This document shows positions 1 to 12,471 of a DNA stretch of 30,566 nt, piece after piece. Under the pieces are notes generated by a model. It saw nothing but the letters and a program-made list of their open reading frames with translations, searched no databases and was not told where the DNA came from. The translations under genes were made by a program, and so were the position numbers. The stretch is from Spongospora subterranea f. sp. subterranea (lineage: Eukaryota): positions 124,001 through 154,566 of the forward strand of contig JAUGWO010000015.1 of the NCBI GenBank assembly GCA_049724395.1. The letters are read 5' to 3'. The stretch's first letter is position 1, and each line of letters starts with the position of its first letter.

Positions 1-119
1 GGGAATCCTCCCAAATGCTGAATCATGCAATGCACCGCATTCTTGGCTATGGCGGCGACATCGAACAAGCAAGTGATTAAGTTTATTTCAAACAAAGATA
101 CAATTTGAAGGACACTTTG

Positions 120-480
120 CGATGAAGAGGATTGCTTTGCACTATTGTTGTCATATCTGCTGTTGCTATCACTACTTCCATGTATTCAGTTCAATAGGGT
201 ATTCCTATCTTGACTACAAAAGATGCAAGAACCTGGACCATGCTATGAATAATGGAGTTGAAGCACCTCTTGATACTATTGGGAAATAGAAAAAGAGATG
301 ATGTTGTTCTGGTTCTTACGGCGACTTTTTTACCATCAGATATAGCTATGTTTACTGGGGAATCTTTCGCGATTACAAGATCTGATGGAACAGGGAAGAC
401 TACAACTGTTAGAAGAACGGTTGATCAAGTTGGTGGAGGTGTTATCTACTTTGATATTCCTGCTAATCTATAAAGATTTT
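120..480 (+). pseudogene. Degenerate P-loop (AAA-like) ATPase fragment
   Basis: ORF 252-473 ends in a Walker A-like segment (ITRSDGTGKTTTVRR...GGGVIYFDIP). The upstream hydrophobic stretch is in another frame and contains a stop. No intact continuation was seen. Confidence 0.4.
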
Positions 481-854
481 CTGTGGCTTTGGGTAACCGA
501 TTGGATTCGAATATGATGAAGGAGTGAACCTTGGAATCGATTAAAACGCCCCATGGCACGAACGCCCGGCCGACCTGAACCCTCAAAGCGAAGCGCATGC
601 TCCACTTAGACGTTAATGAGCAGCACAAGGGTTGGATATCACTCACTATCGAGTCATGGCGAGCCGAAACCTCTGGCAACGCAACGTTCCATGAATCATG
701 ATTCCCGGCCCGTAATCAGCATGTCAACCAGGAAGACGCCCACACGGCGCCGAACGCGAAGACGCAATGGTCAACACCGATCCAACACCAAATATATGGG
801 AATTAAGCACAAAATAGGTTTGATAATATAACAAGAAATCTTACAGGAGCATGC

Positions 855-898
855 ACCGTCGCATACTCCTCAATGCGACGGTACATATTTGTGCAAGT
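855..898 (+). mobile_element. Possible Helitron 3' terminus (GC-rich hairpin plus CTRR-like end)
   Basis: Perfect 10-bp stem accgtcgcat (855-864) / atgcgacggt (873-882), then 11 nt, then CAAG|T (894-898), one mismatch from the canonical CTAG|T. Confidence 0.35.
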
Positions 899-958
899 AG
901 ATATTCGAGATCAGGATCAGTTTATTGTCAGACCAATCAAAGGTTTTCCGTCTCGCTA

Positions 959-1108
959 GGGTGCATGTCGAACATCGGCCGGGAGTGAGTTGACTGTGGA
1001 GTATATACTTTTGTAATATCTCTGGTCAAGCCATTGAACCTAATTGTGTTCAATTCCCATATATTCCACATTCAACTGTTGCTCCCGGCCGATGTTCGAC
1101 ATGCACCC
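959..1108. mobile_element. MITE (~150 bp) with terminal inverted repeats
   Basis: 957-985 (tagggtgcatgtcgaacatcggccgggag) is the exact reverse complement of 1082-1110, and imperfect pairing extends ~20 nt inward. TA lies at both ends (957-958, 1109-1110). The interior is non-coding. Confidence 0.75.
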
Positions 1109-1562
1109 TAATCAACTTTCTAATGTTCGACAGGCGAAAAGGCGAACGACAAAAAGGAAAAAATAGCAATCAACTCGAAATTTCCAGGATGCAACTGCAA
1201 TATGAACGAGCCACGCTGCTCTCAAATCGATCTTGTGGTGAAGAAGGGTCGGTACCCTCATCCATGGTGCAAGGATGGGCATTCTCCGATCCTAAACAAC
1301 TACGGCACCTCGGTTGACGCCGTACGACGACGATATGCAATCGCAACCTTTTCCAATGTGGCTCTGCACCAGACAATCTCAAGCGAGAGAGTGAGACTCC
1401 CACAGACACGAATCGCCAACCTTGTGGGCGATATAGCGCCGAAAAGTCATGCGAGCCCCCGAACTGGCATGACGACTGGCACCACTCAAAGTTTCCTGGT
1501 TCTACAGTACGCAATAGTTTCTCATTACTTGAAAGACGCTGAACCGTCATCGCCCATAATCC

Positions 1563-3512
1563 ATGACCTTCGCATGCGATCTGCATGAACTGCAACAGCC
1601 AACCCGTGCTGGTCAATTCGCTCTCGCTCTGGGCGATACGGCAGCGGACAGTGCATATCAGAATCCGTTGATCAGTCGGTATGCCAGCAAGGAGATGTCG
1701 GCGATCTTCTCTGCCCAGAACAAGGTCGGCGTGTGGCGTCGACGATACTGCCGAATCTCTCGGCGTATCAGCCTGATAATAACGCTCTTTTCAGTATGGC
1801 TAGCGCTGGCCGAAACTCAAAAAGAACTCGGGGTTGTACAAATCACAGATTTGGCTATTGAAGAAATGCGAGCACACCTCGATGATATTAATTTTGCTGA
1901 AGCCGAGGAATTTGAGAAGCAGCTACGCCACGATGTCATGAGTCATATCAAATCGTACATTCTCAACTTGTTTTCTAGGAATCCTCGAAATTTCCATTTA
2001 GGTCAATTTGCACATCAGATGGGGATTACAATGTCCCAATGCGCTCAAAACTTTGCATCTCGGTGCCACGTCGAGTTTTCTCACTGATAATGGCGACCTG
2101 ATTCAGTTCCGAGAAGCGATGCGCTTGGTTCACACGAAGCTGGTCGCGTTGATTGCCGCAATGAGTGTTGAGGCGAAGAAGCACAGGAGTTTGCCTACCT
2201 TAGGGTATACACACGCTCAACCGGCTCAATTAACAACGTAATCGTCGTTCAAATCGGCGATGAATTTCTTCGTGATAATCCTTTTCGGTAGCGTCGGTAA
2301 ACGAATCTGCCTATGGATTCATGATCTGATATTCGACTATTACGACCTGGTCCATACGATCAATGACACACCATTTCGTGGAGTCAAAGGAGCCACAGGA
2401 ACTCAAGCGTCGTTTTTAACGCTTTTCAACAACGTTTGTTCACCATATCTGTTAGCTGGTGTGTATGTTGTCTCATCACCGCCACTAGGATCATGATAAG
2501 GTTCTGGCGCTAGATGAAAAACTCACGAAGAAGGCTGGCTTCAGTCGTTGTGTGAGTGTTTCTGGGCAAACCTACACAAGAAAGATCGATTTCCGTATTT
2601 GCAGTGTTCTATCTGGTCAAAATTCGTGTAGTCGCTGGTCGATTCTGAATTAATTGTTTAGGTATTGCTCAATCGGCACATAAGATGTGCACCGATCTCA
2701 GACTGTTAGCCAGTTTCAAGGAAATCGAGGAACCTTTTGGGCGGGAACAGGTGGGTTTTCACAATCTTGTCCAAAAAAGGTTAAGGAGTAATTTCACGTT
2801 AGATCGGGTCGTCAGCGATGCCCTACAAACGGAATCCAGTGCGCTGTGAGCGGGTCTGCTCGATAGCTCGTCATGTCAATTCCTTGGTCGCAAATACCAT
2901 CAACACGTCATCGACACAATGGTTTGTTCAGTTTGTCTTCATCAAATTAAAGTCACCAGGGCGGTTATTTAGGCTTGAAAGAACGCTGGATGATTCTGCC
3001 AATCGGCGAATATGTATGCCAGAAGCGTTTCTTGGTGTTGATGCACTTTTGGACATCTGCAGAAATGTGTTCATGAACTTACAGGTCGGCCAAATTTCGC
3101 ACCTATCACCCTTGATTTTTGTTTTAAAACGTTTTTAAAGGTTTGGCCCAAGATTATCGAAAAGCGTGTCGCCGCTGAATTACCGTTCATAGCGACCGAG
3201 AAAATAATCCTGGCTTGCGTGAAGACCGGACAGAATCGCCAGACAATCCTTGAGGCTATTCGGCAACATGCCGTAGCCGCAACATGGGCAATCAAACACG
3301 ACGGCGCAAATAATGATCTGTTGCATCGTATCAAAACCGATCCCTTGTTCGCTTCGGTCGCCAGTTCACTGAATCAAATTCTCGAACCAATTGATTTTGT
3401 GGGGCGTGCCCCAGAGCAGGTCGACGAATTTCTCCACTCAGATGTTATCCCAATAATATCCAGTACTACTGTCGATATCGATAACATGAAACCAACGGAA
3501 CTGAGAGTTTAG
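1563..3512 (+). CDS. ADSL: Adenylosuccinate lyase (9 exons; start codon uncertain)
   Basis: Motifs [54 protein letters not shown], the signature [10 protein letters not shown] and [11 protein letters not shown]. Inferred introns: ~1744-1794, 1955-2018, 2238-2291, 2434-2488, 2616-2661, 2751-2802, 2922-2972, 3085-3140. Confidence 0.95.
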
Positions 3513-3801
3513 GATAACAACATTTGCTGTCGGTGCCAATGCCGAACTCCGCGACTAATTTGAATTTCATAAATGGGAAGAAAATCCGGTATCTGAAATT
3601 GTTCGATTTTTGTGTGGCCATCGGTTTATTCAACGTAGCTTGATCAAGTTGGTAAAATCATATCTTCGGCAATCAAACCGGATGGCTGATGTGGGTTTTC
3701 TCTGAAAAAAAAAACGATCGGTGGACGGACTGCTTGTTCATTCGATGGTTGGGGCAAACTCCGATAAATCGCGTTGGGTTGAGGGGTAATCGCTCTGAAT
3801 C

Positions 3802-4956
3802 ATGTCGAAGTTTAAGAGGTCGTCGAACGAGCTGCAGGCCGTGTTGACAGATGCCCATGCGATGCACGCGGCCATCCAGGCGCCGAACATTGCCGACGCG
3901 GAGGTCGAGGCAATCGCCGCCAAAGCCCAGATTTTGAAAGAGTGATTTTTTGGGGAAACCCGAGACGAATTGTGAATGGAAATTCATTCTGTTGTTTTTG
4001 ATATTTCAGGAGATATCATGACATATCGACAGCCGTGGGCGAGCTGGTGAAACTGGCGTCGGAAACCGATCCGGATCGCGTCGTGTTCGGGGAAGCGATG
4101 ATCAGGAAGGTGAACCTATTGGCGACCCAGCTAATCGCCGTCAAAGAAGCGGTGGATCAGGCGATCAATGACGTTCATGAAAAATTACAACCGATACTCG
4201 ATAAGCGAGCGGAGGAAGCCCAGTCAATGGACAGGCAGAAACAACAGGAGGTGATTGTTCTCGACTAAACTTATTCGATTTCCTGTTTTTTATGAAAATC
4301 CGTTTGATGAAGAGGAAACGGATTGAACAAGAACGTGAAACGGCCAGAAAAATTGAATCGGCGAAGATTGCCGCTTTGGAAGCGGAGAAGAAGCGGAAAG
4401 CGGAGGCGGAAGCAGCTCGGGCTGCTGTGGAGCATGAAGAAGAACGAAAGAGGTTCGAAGAAGAGCGAGGCGTGAGACGCATCGCCCAAGCGGCTGATGC
4501 GGAGCGCCAGGCGTTTCTTGACCAGCGCCTGAAACAGGCCGAATCGATGGATATCGCCGAGGTCCTCGATATCATCGAACTGACCTGTTCCCCAAAGCAG
4601 CTACGTTGCGCCGTTGGAGCATTGTTGGACATTGTCGGGAACATTATCTCGTCGCCGGAAGATCCCACATTCCGCAACATACGCAAAGCGAACGAGAAAC
4701 TCAACGGTAAACCGATGAGAATCGTTCGCAATTGGAATCTGACAGAATGTAAGGTGATCTTCTTTCCGTCGACGGAGGGCTTGAAGCGCTCATCTGTATT
4801 GGGTTTCGCGAGAAAAACCCGACGCAGACGATCAATGAGGCACATTTTTACATAGCCGAGCCCCCTGTTGATAATTTCGATGAGTGGTCGTCGTGGTATG
4901 ATAAACTGCAGAAGAATCGTGCACTGTTACAGTCAGTATACGATGGGCTGTCGTGA
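3802..4956 (+). CDS. Coiled-coil plus C-terminal PUB-domain protein
   Basis: ATG at 3802. GT-AG introns at 3942-4009, 4251-4312 and ~4707-4753 join an E/R/K/A-rich coiled coil to a PUB-like segment (LLDIVGNIISSPEDPTFRNIRKANEKL...GGLEALICIGF...EPPVDNFDEWSSWYDKL). Stop TGA at 4954-4956. Confidence 0.8.
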
Positions 4957-5944
4957 TCATATTTCCTAATGTCGTTTCATTCATATATGTCTCTGTTCCC
5001 ATAATACACGACAGTTCTCCCCAGTTTTATATATCTAGTCATGATTTTCAGAGAACCAATACTGAACGATGATCATAAACCGCATCCGCTTCACAGTTCG
5101 GGGTGAACTCCTGAAACTGGCGCATCCCAAATGCGAAATTCGAGAATGCTTTTATTATGAACGTGGCGCGTATCGCCGCCACTGATCCGCGTGGAATTTG
5201 TTGTCCAACGATTCCCTCCCGGAACAGATGTCTCGCAAATACGGCAACACTCGCACCACTATGCTGTGGAGGACAATAAAGAGACCAGCCGACCCAATGT
5301 TGTTTGTTATCATCTTCGCCTTTGTGCCATACTTCTAATGACATCTCGTGACGCGACTGCAAACAATCACGAGAGTGTCTGGAAAATGCCTGAAATGGAA
5401 GAAAGCTAACTCCTTTGATCCTAACAAAACATATTTTTCAACTGTGGCCAAAGAGAGCCATCTCGATGAGTAGCGCCAGTATTGTTACAATGACAGGATA
5501 TTCAAGAGGCGGTAATAGTTCCAAAGCAGTTGCGATGGATACGTTCCGGGTCAGATAGCATCAAAGATTACCTGGAGGCCTTGTGGGAGTGCCTCAAGTC
5601 GACATCAACTGAGAGTGTTGCTTACTACTTGTAAAAGAACTCCTCAAGACCCCGTACTTACCGCTATGTAGATTTGCCGCCCTGTCTGACGAAATTCTTC
5701 CGATTGCGGAATACCCCCTCCGATACAGGTGTACAACGATTTCGCCACATGTCTGTGCAGGCAGATCTTGGGCTATAAATAAACATTCCCCGTAATAGGA
5801 AATTGCGCCGGCAGCCCCACCCGATTACGATTCCACTTCACCTTCATCATTTCGACTGGCCAACACTAAGCCAGAGCCATCCCTGTCCGCGTCTGACGCG
5901 GCGACCTCAACTACCACATACCATTTCGCTCTGAACTGCACGTG

Positions 5945-6742
5945 ATGCACTTCCGACCAGCGCCCGATCTTTGCGCGCCGACCACGTTTGTCTGCGCGTC
6001 CAAGGTGGATCCCGAGGTGAATGTGGCCGAGGGACTGCTGTTGTTCAAGGATGTGATCGCGCCGAGCCTGCAGAAAACTGTACTTGAATTTGTTGATAAA
6101 GAACTATCATTAGGCAGAAGCAACTTGTTAATTGGGTTAGTCATGCTGCCGGGTGCATTTTCGTCAGAAGTATTCATCCCCACTGTAGAAAAACCTATCA
6201 ACCACCAGAGGCAAAAAAATGGGCAGGTAGATCCAAAAGCCGTCTGATGCTGCAACACGGTTAGTCTCAACGTGCGCATTGATTAAATCCATTCTAAACT
6301 GTCTCAGGGGCGTATACACTGTGTAATCGAGTTTATCGCCATATTCAGGTTGAATCTATGAATGTGAAGCCAATTCAAGCTGTTCTCGATGCTCTTTACT
6401 CGTCTGGCGTACTGACCGATGAGAGCAAGCGCCCTAACCAATGCACAATCAATATATATGAGGAGGGGAATTGGCTCCCACCTCACATTGATAATACCGA
6501 ATTCGAGCGCCCCATATGTACTGTCTCGTTATTATCAGAGCAGAATATGGTGCTTGGGGATGCGCTATCAATAGGCGATGATGACACATTCGCCAATGTG
6601 GATTTACTTCTCAGTCTGCCCGTAGGGTCTGCAATATGCCTTTCAGGGCATGCAGCCGATCAAGCTAGGCATGGGCTCCCTCCGGCAACCTCAAAAAAGA
6701 GTATCGATGACCTTTCGCTTCTTGCCAACACCCGCTGCCTGA
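5945..6742 (+). CDS. AlkB-family 2OG-Fe(II) dioxygenase (ALKBH5/plant ALKBH9-like); one apparent +1 frameshift; 5' end uncertain
   Basis: Spliced product (introns ~6136-6188, 6260-6307) reads NVAEGLLLFKDVI...KTYQPPEAKKW...RLMLQHG...PNQCTINIYEEGNWLPPHID...TVSLLS...ARHGLP. The conserved RVSMTFR comes into frame only if one A is removed from 6693-6698. Confidence 0.85.
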
Positions 6743-6895
6743 TTGATTAAACATATCGAAATTTATGCCCAAATTAAACTGTGTTGAAAGATTAGGATAC
6801 CCCATTGTAGGGATCCGGTTTTGGTGCTTTCAAATTTATCGAACATCGTGTTCAGAACTGTTTATATAGTACATAAAGGAGGTGAAACTCGCTTA

Positions 6896-7890
6896 CCGTA
6901 AGATCCTTGTCGTAGCCTCCTTCCAGAACATTTTTGGTTTTTTTGCACGCCAACAGCCAATGAAAATGGCGTTGCTGCAGCTCAAATTCGCCGATGGCGC
7001 AAGCAGGTGTTTCGCAGATTGCGCCAAAGCAGACGGTTTTGAACAATGTTTAGGTGATGGTGTCAAAGTGCGATTTGTCGGAATCGGATGGCGCCAAGAA
7101 TGTTGAGGTTGCAATCAACGCGCAGCGCCAGCGAACTCGCCGACGAACAATGTTGCATCCGGGAAGAAAGTCTTCGCTTTCTTCACCAGTGCGAACGAGC
7201 ATATCAGATCGGATCGATGAATTGGAAGCCAAAGATCTTCCGATTCAGCGGTGGGACTTAATGACAGTCGCAGTGGCAGAAGACGTTGAACTCAAAGCTC
7301 AAAACACTCGATATGGTGAAGCCATCATATCAAACACGAATAGATGTGACTTTGACAAAAATTGTTGTCAGATGAAGCAATCGTTGCCGACTTTGTAGCA
7401 TCAACCAACTCCGCCATTGCCAAATTTCGTTTCGGGATGCCAATTGCAAATGTTATCAGCATGGACCAGACGAATTTGCCCTTTGACAATCCATATCAGA
7501 CTACATACGCGCGACGTGGATCACGTTCTGTCAATATAAAAACTACAGGTTCCAGCTTGCGATGCAGCGTGGCATTATCTGTCACTTTTGATGGCCAGAA
7601 ACTGCCACCATTGATTGTTTTCAGGCCGAATTGCCAAGGATGCTTTGACGGCTTGTTCACGGACCCCCTCTTCAAGCACTGTTAGAATATTGACAAAGCC
7701 GCACGAATTAGTAAAAAAATACCAGTGGATTATAACGGCAAGAGTGAATTGCACCATTGCCTCAGGAACAACATTGATGTTATCTGAACCACAGACTTAA
7801 TGAAAGGCCCATGCACGACTGTTATCGCTTTGGCGTAGTCCGACAACCGTGACCAGCATCGATTGTAGCAATGGCAGCAAAAACCTTCTA
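6896..7890 (+). mobile_element. Degenerate pogo/Tigger-like (DDE_1) DNA transposon, copy A, lacking its 3' TIR
   Basis: TA at 6894-6895 then TIR-like ccgtaagatccttgtcgta. Contains an N-terminal HTH remnant (PTANENGVAAAQIRRWRK), a CENP-B-like region (7054-7398) and DDE_1 motifs (SMDQTNLPFDNP...GSRSVNIKTTG...CSVALSVTFDGQKLPPLIVF). Frameshifted. Confidence 0.85.
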
Positions 7891-8786
7891 CCGAAAGTGC
7901 CCTGTCGTATTCCCCTTCGGGAACATTTTTGCACCGAGTTACCAAGACAGATTCTACACCCTATAGAAGGTTTTGGCTCCCATCGCTACGATCCATGCTT
8001 GGACTACGCCAAAGCGATAATGGTCGTGCATGTGCGTTTCATCAAGTCTGTGGTTCAGATAACATTAATGTAGTCCCTGGGGAAATGGTCCAATTCACTT
8101 TCGCCGTTATATCACCTGGTATTTTTGACTGATTCGTGCGGCTTTGTCAATACTGTCACAGTGCTTGAAAATGGGGCCCTTGAACAAGCTGTGACAGCAT
8201 TTTTGGCAATTTCGCCTGAAGGGGTACCCTTGAAAACAATCAATGGTGGAAGTTTTGGCCATCAAAAGCGACAGATAATGCCACGCTGCAGCGCAAGCTG
8301 GAACCATATCAACAAAAAGTGATCCACGTCGCGCGTATGTGGTCTAATATGGATTGTCAAAGGGCAAATTCGTCTGGTCCATGTTAACATTTGCAATTGG
8401 CATCCGCGAAGCGACGACGATTGGCGATAGCGGAGTTGGTTGACGATACAAACTGCAGTAACACCATATTCATTGGCTGTTGGCTTAATCCGATTTGGTA
8501 GCGCATAGGCTTGTCGGATAATGATCCCCTTTGGTTTTATGGTAAGAAAACGTTTCCGATCACTCCTCAAGACGAGGTTGATGGATAGAAGAAATGCTCT
8601 CCTGAGGCCAATTTGGGCGCCATTACGACAAGGCGCGTTGTGCTCACAATATAGGGGGCCAAGTCGTTATCCCAGTTAGATGGCGCTAACTCCAATACCC
8701 TTGAAAAGACACATTGTCCTGGCCCCCCGACACTAGAAAAATGCGCGCGCAAAACATTTTGAGGCGCTACGACAGGGCGTTGACGC
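7891..8786 (-). mobile_element. Degenerate pogo-like transposon, copy B, internally deleted, opposite orientation
   Basis: Bounded by TA|ccgaaagtgccctgtcgta (7889-7909) and tacgacagggcgttgacgc|TA (8768-8788). The reverse complement of 7964-8452 aligns with 7391-7890. HTH remnant IKPTANEYGV at ~8455-8490. Confidence 0.85.
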
Positions 8787-9119
8787 TATTTAGCGTCGGA
8801 TTGTAAATATTTACCGGTTGTACAATACACTTGCGGTGATGGACGAAGGCCGTATACCGCGCCACGTGCAGAATTGAACTGCACACGGTCCAGCGTGTGG
8901 GTTTTCATCTCATCCGGTCATCCCCTTCCCAGTCGGTGTCGCCCAAATTGCAATGCCCGTGATGTCAACGTTACACATTTATCGACTCGTTACATTTGGT
9001 GGTCGAAGTCCGTGAGTACAGTACACCAACCAGATCTGGTCAGGGAGGCGCATCACCACATCCGAGCTCGTTGGTGCATCGCGCCCCGTTTTCCAACCTG
9101 CTTAGCGTATATCGACGCC

Positions 9120-10700
9120 ATGGCACAATCCCGTCGGCTGTGGATCGCTATCGCGACCGCTCTCATACTAGTGGGCATTGCGTATTCTGCCAATCTCTAT
9201 GGGCTACTTGGCGTTACCTCCAGGGCCACAACTGCACAGGTAATGGATTTGCAATTCTATTCAAATCAACATCCCACTAATTCTTCTGCTGTCTCAGATT
9301 ATCACTGCGTTCAAAAAAGCGTCAAAAAAGTATCATCCTGATAGAAATAAGGTCATCTTCATCGCTTCCGCTTTATTTTCGCTCTTGATTTGTGTCTGAA
9401 GCGCCCTGACGCTGCACACAAATTTGCCGAGATGCGAAAAGCGTTTGAGATATTGAAGGATGACGATGCTCGAAGAATTTATGATCAACGCGGTGAGCAA
9501 GCAGCTGTGTCTTACCAAACTAATAAGCAGCAAGGGGGTAGTGGTGCATCGTCTGGCGGATTTGACATATTTGATTTCTTTTCTGGTGGCCGCGGTCAGC
9601 GTCAACCAGAAGAGGAAAAGAGAGGAGCAGATATTCACTTGGTAAACCTTCAACTCTTTTTTACTCTTTTTTTTGCATCGACCTTGCCGGTTACTGAAAC
9701 CGATTACAGGATATGGCGATTCCATTGGAGGACGTTTTCTCCGGTCGTAACTACCAGACCCTAATCAACCGAAAAGAACTATGCATGCATTGCCATGGAT
9801 CTGGCGCTGATTCGCCAAGCGATAAGACTAAATGTTCAGCCTGCAACGGGCAAGGTGTTAGAATTCAGCAGTGAGTTGGCACATTCATTTACAATGGGAT
9901 TTTGCTAATATCGTTGCTTTTTTAGGGTTAATCTCGGTCCCGGAATGTATACTCAGGTCATTGTTGCTTCGATTCGTCTGATAATCGAGTTTTGACACTA
10001 CACCAAACAGTATCGAATGCAATGCGAAGCTTGTCATGGAGAAGGAGTTAAAGTCAAGAAGCTGTGTCGAAAATGCCACGGCAACAAGGTATTGAAAACT
10101 GATCTGGTGTTTTGCTCGCTGATTTTTTAAACAAACGCGATGAAGATACTGCCCGGTCAAAAGGTGGCAGATATATTCATTGAAGAGGGTGTTGAAGAGG
10201 GTCGTGTCATCACTCTTGACAATGAGGGTGACCAACATCCAGATATGCAAGCAGGCCATATATTCATGAAGGTAGTGTCGACACCGCATCCAGTCTTCAG
10301 TCGCGACGGACATGATCTCAAGGCCGATGTGTCAGTAATTGTGTTGCTGCGATGCGAGTATCGGTATTTATTAACACCTTCCTAATTGCAGACATATTTC
10401 GTTGGTGCAGGCGTTGACCGGGTTCAACGCAACGTTGACGCAACTTGACGGAACGCCTATTCAAATATTTAACACCAACGTATCAATTTTTTTTGTCTGC
10501 GCTCTTCTGTGGGCTCATGTTTGTTGTAGGTGACGCAGCCGAACCAAATCATAAGAGTGAAAGGCGCTGGACTGCCTCATGCAGAAAACATATTCGAACG
10601 CGGTGATCTGCTTGCAAAATGCCGGATTGGTTTCCCAGAGGAGATAACCTCAGATCAGAAGGAAGCAATTAAGAAAATATTTCCCAAGGCCGTTGTTTAA
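9120..10700 (+). CDS. Type I DnaJ/Hsp40 with N-terminal signal peptide (ER-lumenal Scj1/ERdj3-like)
   Basis: Hydrophobic leader MAQSRRLWIAIATALILVGIAYS; J-domain with KYHPDRNK after splicing; G/F region GGFDIFDFF; four CxxCxG repeats (CMHCHGSG, CSACNGQG, CEACHGEG, CRKCHGNK); C-terminal HPVFSRDGHDL...SLVQALTGF. Stop at 10698-10700. Confidence 0.93.
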
Positions 10701-10800
10701 ACACATTATGCGACTCATCTATAGAATCGGCAAAACCCATTATTTCAATACACGGCGAATAAAACATTTGTAAAATAACTGAGCTGTATTGTTATATATT

Positions 10801-11810
10801 TCAGGCGTATTCGTCGATGAGGGAGTTACGCAGGTCGTTAACAATGCCGTCTTTAGGCGCATCGTACAGGTTGAAGATCGATTCGATAACGCTGATCTCA
10901 GTTGATGTTGTGTCGATGCCACAGAATGCAGTCCAGTCATTAACGATCAGGCCGGCGCCAATGACGTCACTACCTCGGTTGATCGTCCCGGCTGTTAAAG
11001 GGATTTGAAGAAGCGATGACAACTCTACAGAAACCCATGTCAACACACGTGAAATATGCTAGTAAATAAGCAAAGGCTGAATTACCCTGCTGTTCTTCTA
11101 CCGTCGTCTTAGGATGAACCAAACCACCTTGATTTGTCAATGCGCCTAATTCAGAAGGAAAAATTAGAAAGTATATCGATGTTGCCAAATCAAGGTATTA
11201 CAGTAGCTGCCAACCAAAACATTGCCTGCGATACTCTGTCGGAACACCTCAACGCCAAGTACATCAGCGATGATCTCTTCTGTGGCCTGATCGATATCAG
11301 CGTGCACTAACGCGATATGGTCGTTGCAGACGATCACATTCCCGAGGGCGCTCAGTTTTTCCTCAATCCTCTGAATCTGTTTTGGGGAAATTTAATAAAA
11401 AATCATCGGCATCAGTAGAATACTGTAATTTTAACCATACTTTAACAGCATCCGGTAATGAATTACGAAGATGTTGTAGTTCATCATCGGTTGTTGTGCT
11501 GGGAACCAGTAAACCATTCTTGTTCCCAACAGTCAATCTGCCGACAATACGACATCCGGCTATTGAGGTATGCACAACGGGAATGTGATCTGCTAATTCT
11601 CCTTCAAACACGCTGTAGAAAGAATCGCTCGCTCCAATACCAACCAAACAGTATTTATTGGTCAATGAAGCAAACACGCCGATCTCGGCGGAATTCTCAA
11701 ACTTCACACCTAAAAAAACGAACAGTTCAGCGCTGCAACAGAGGATCTGGTAAGCATTCAAGGTGAAAATCGTTAGCGAATCTAAAGCGTTTCAACGTAC
11801 GAATGGCCAT
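10801..11810 (-). CDS. EIF6: Eukaryotic translation initiation factor 6 (5 exons)
   Basis: Spliced [25 protein letters not shown]...[14 protein letters not shown]...[16 protein letters not shown]...[10 protein letters not shown]...[32 protein letters not shown]. All introns are GT-AG. Confidence 0.97.
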
Positions 11811-12471
11811 CGAGTTGAGCACGACAAGCCAGGATTTGCTCTGAACTTGCAAATAATGACGAAACGGTTGCTATTGACGGACTCCGTGACGGACAATTGA
11901 TGTTGGCGATCGGCTCGCTCTAAGTTATTTTTTTTCATTCTAAAAGAACATATTCGTTGGAAAGGCGATGAACATTATGCGGTGATCCCGATTGTAGAAA
12001 TGCCTGATACATTTGTCGGACGCCGTAAATTTGGTAGTGGATGGGTTGCTGATCGTCATCAGAGATTGCGAATCCTTGGCAATGAATAAACTGCTGTCAT
12101 TGCTTAAAAGTCGCCGGACAAAACACTGAAAATCTACGTTGTCGAGAAAACTCTGTTCAATGGGGCAGATATAATTTCTCGCCGCATTGCCAGACGGATC
12201 TAACCGTTCGGTGTACAATACGATCGTCTCGGCTCTAGAGAAAAACTAGAATCTCGTGGAATTTTCTGGCCGTTGATTTTCATCCTTTCATCTCCCCGAT
12301 CAATTCATCTGATTTTACTGCCCCGTCAGGATGCTCAGTAAAATTTGTGTCTATGAACTTTCAAAATCACCCTAGAGAGTACATATTACCCTCGTTGAAG
12401 CTGCACTCAATATCTCCAGCTTTTTGAGCCCATTTCTGTTCAAATAATTTATCGATTACAGTCACAAAATG

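Noticed and set aside
1202..1588. 128-aa ORF as a fused N-terminal domain of ADSL
   Set aside because: No recognisable motif, and I could not find a convincing splice path into the ADSL frame.
4165..4845. 226-aa minus-strand ORF
   Set aside because: Antisense shadow of the low-complexity coiled-coil exon of the PUB-domain gene.
5048..5940. Short ORFs between the PUB and AlkB genes
   Set aside because: No motifs or consistent exon chain; may include AlkB 5' exons, but this cannot be supported.
11940..12218. 92-aa minus-strand ORF upstream of eIF6
   Set aside because: Non-ATG start and no recognisable homology.
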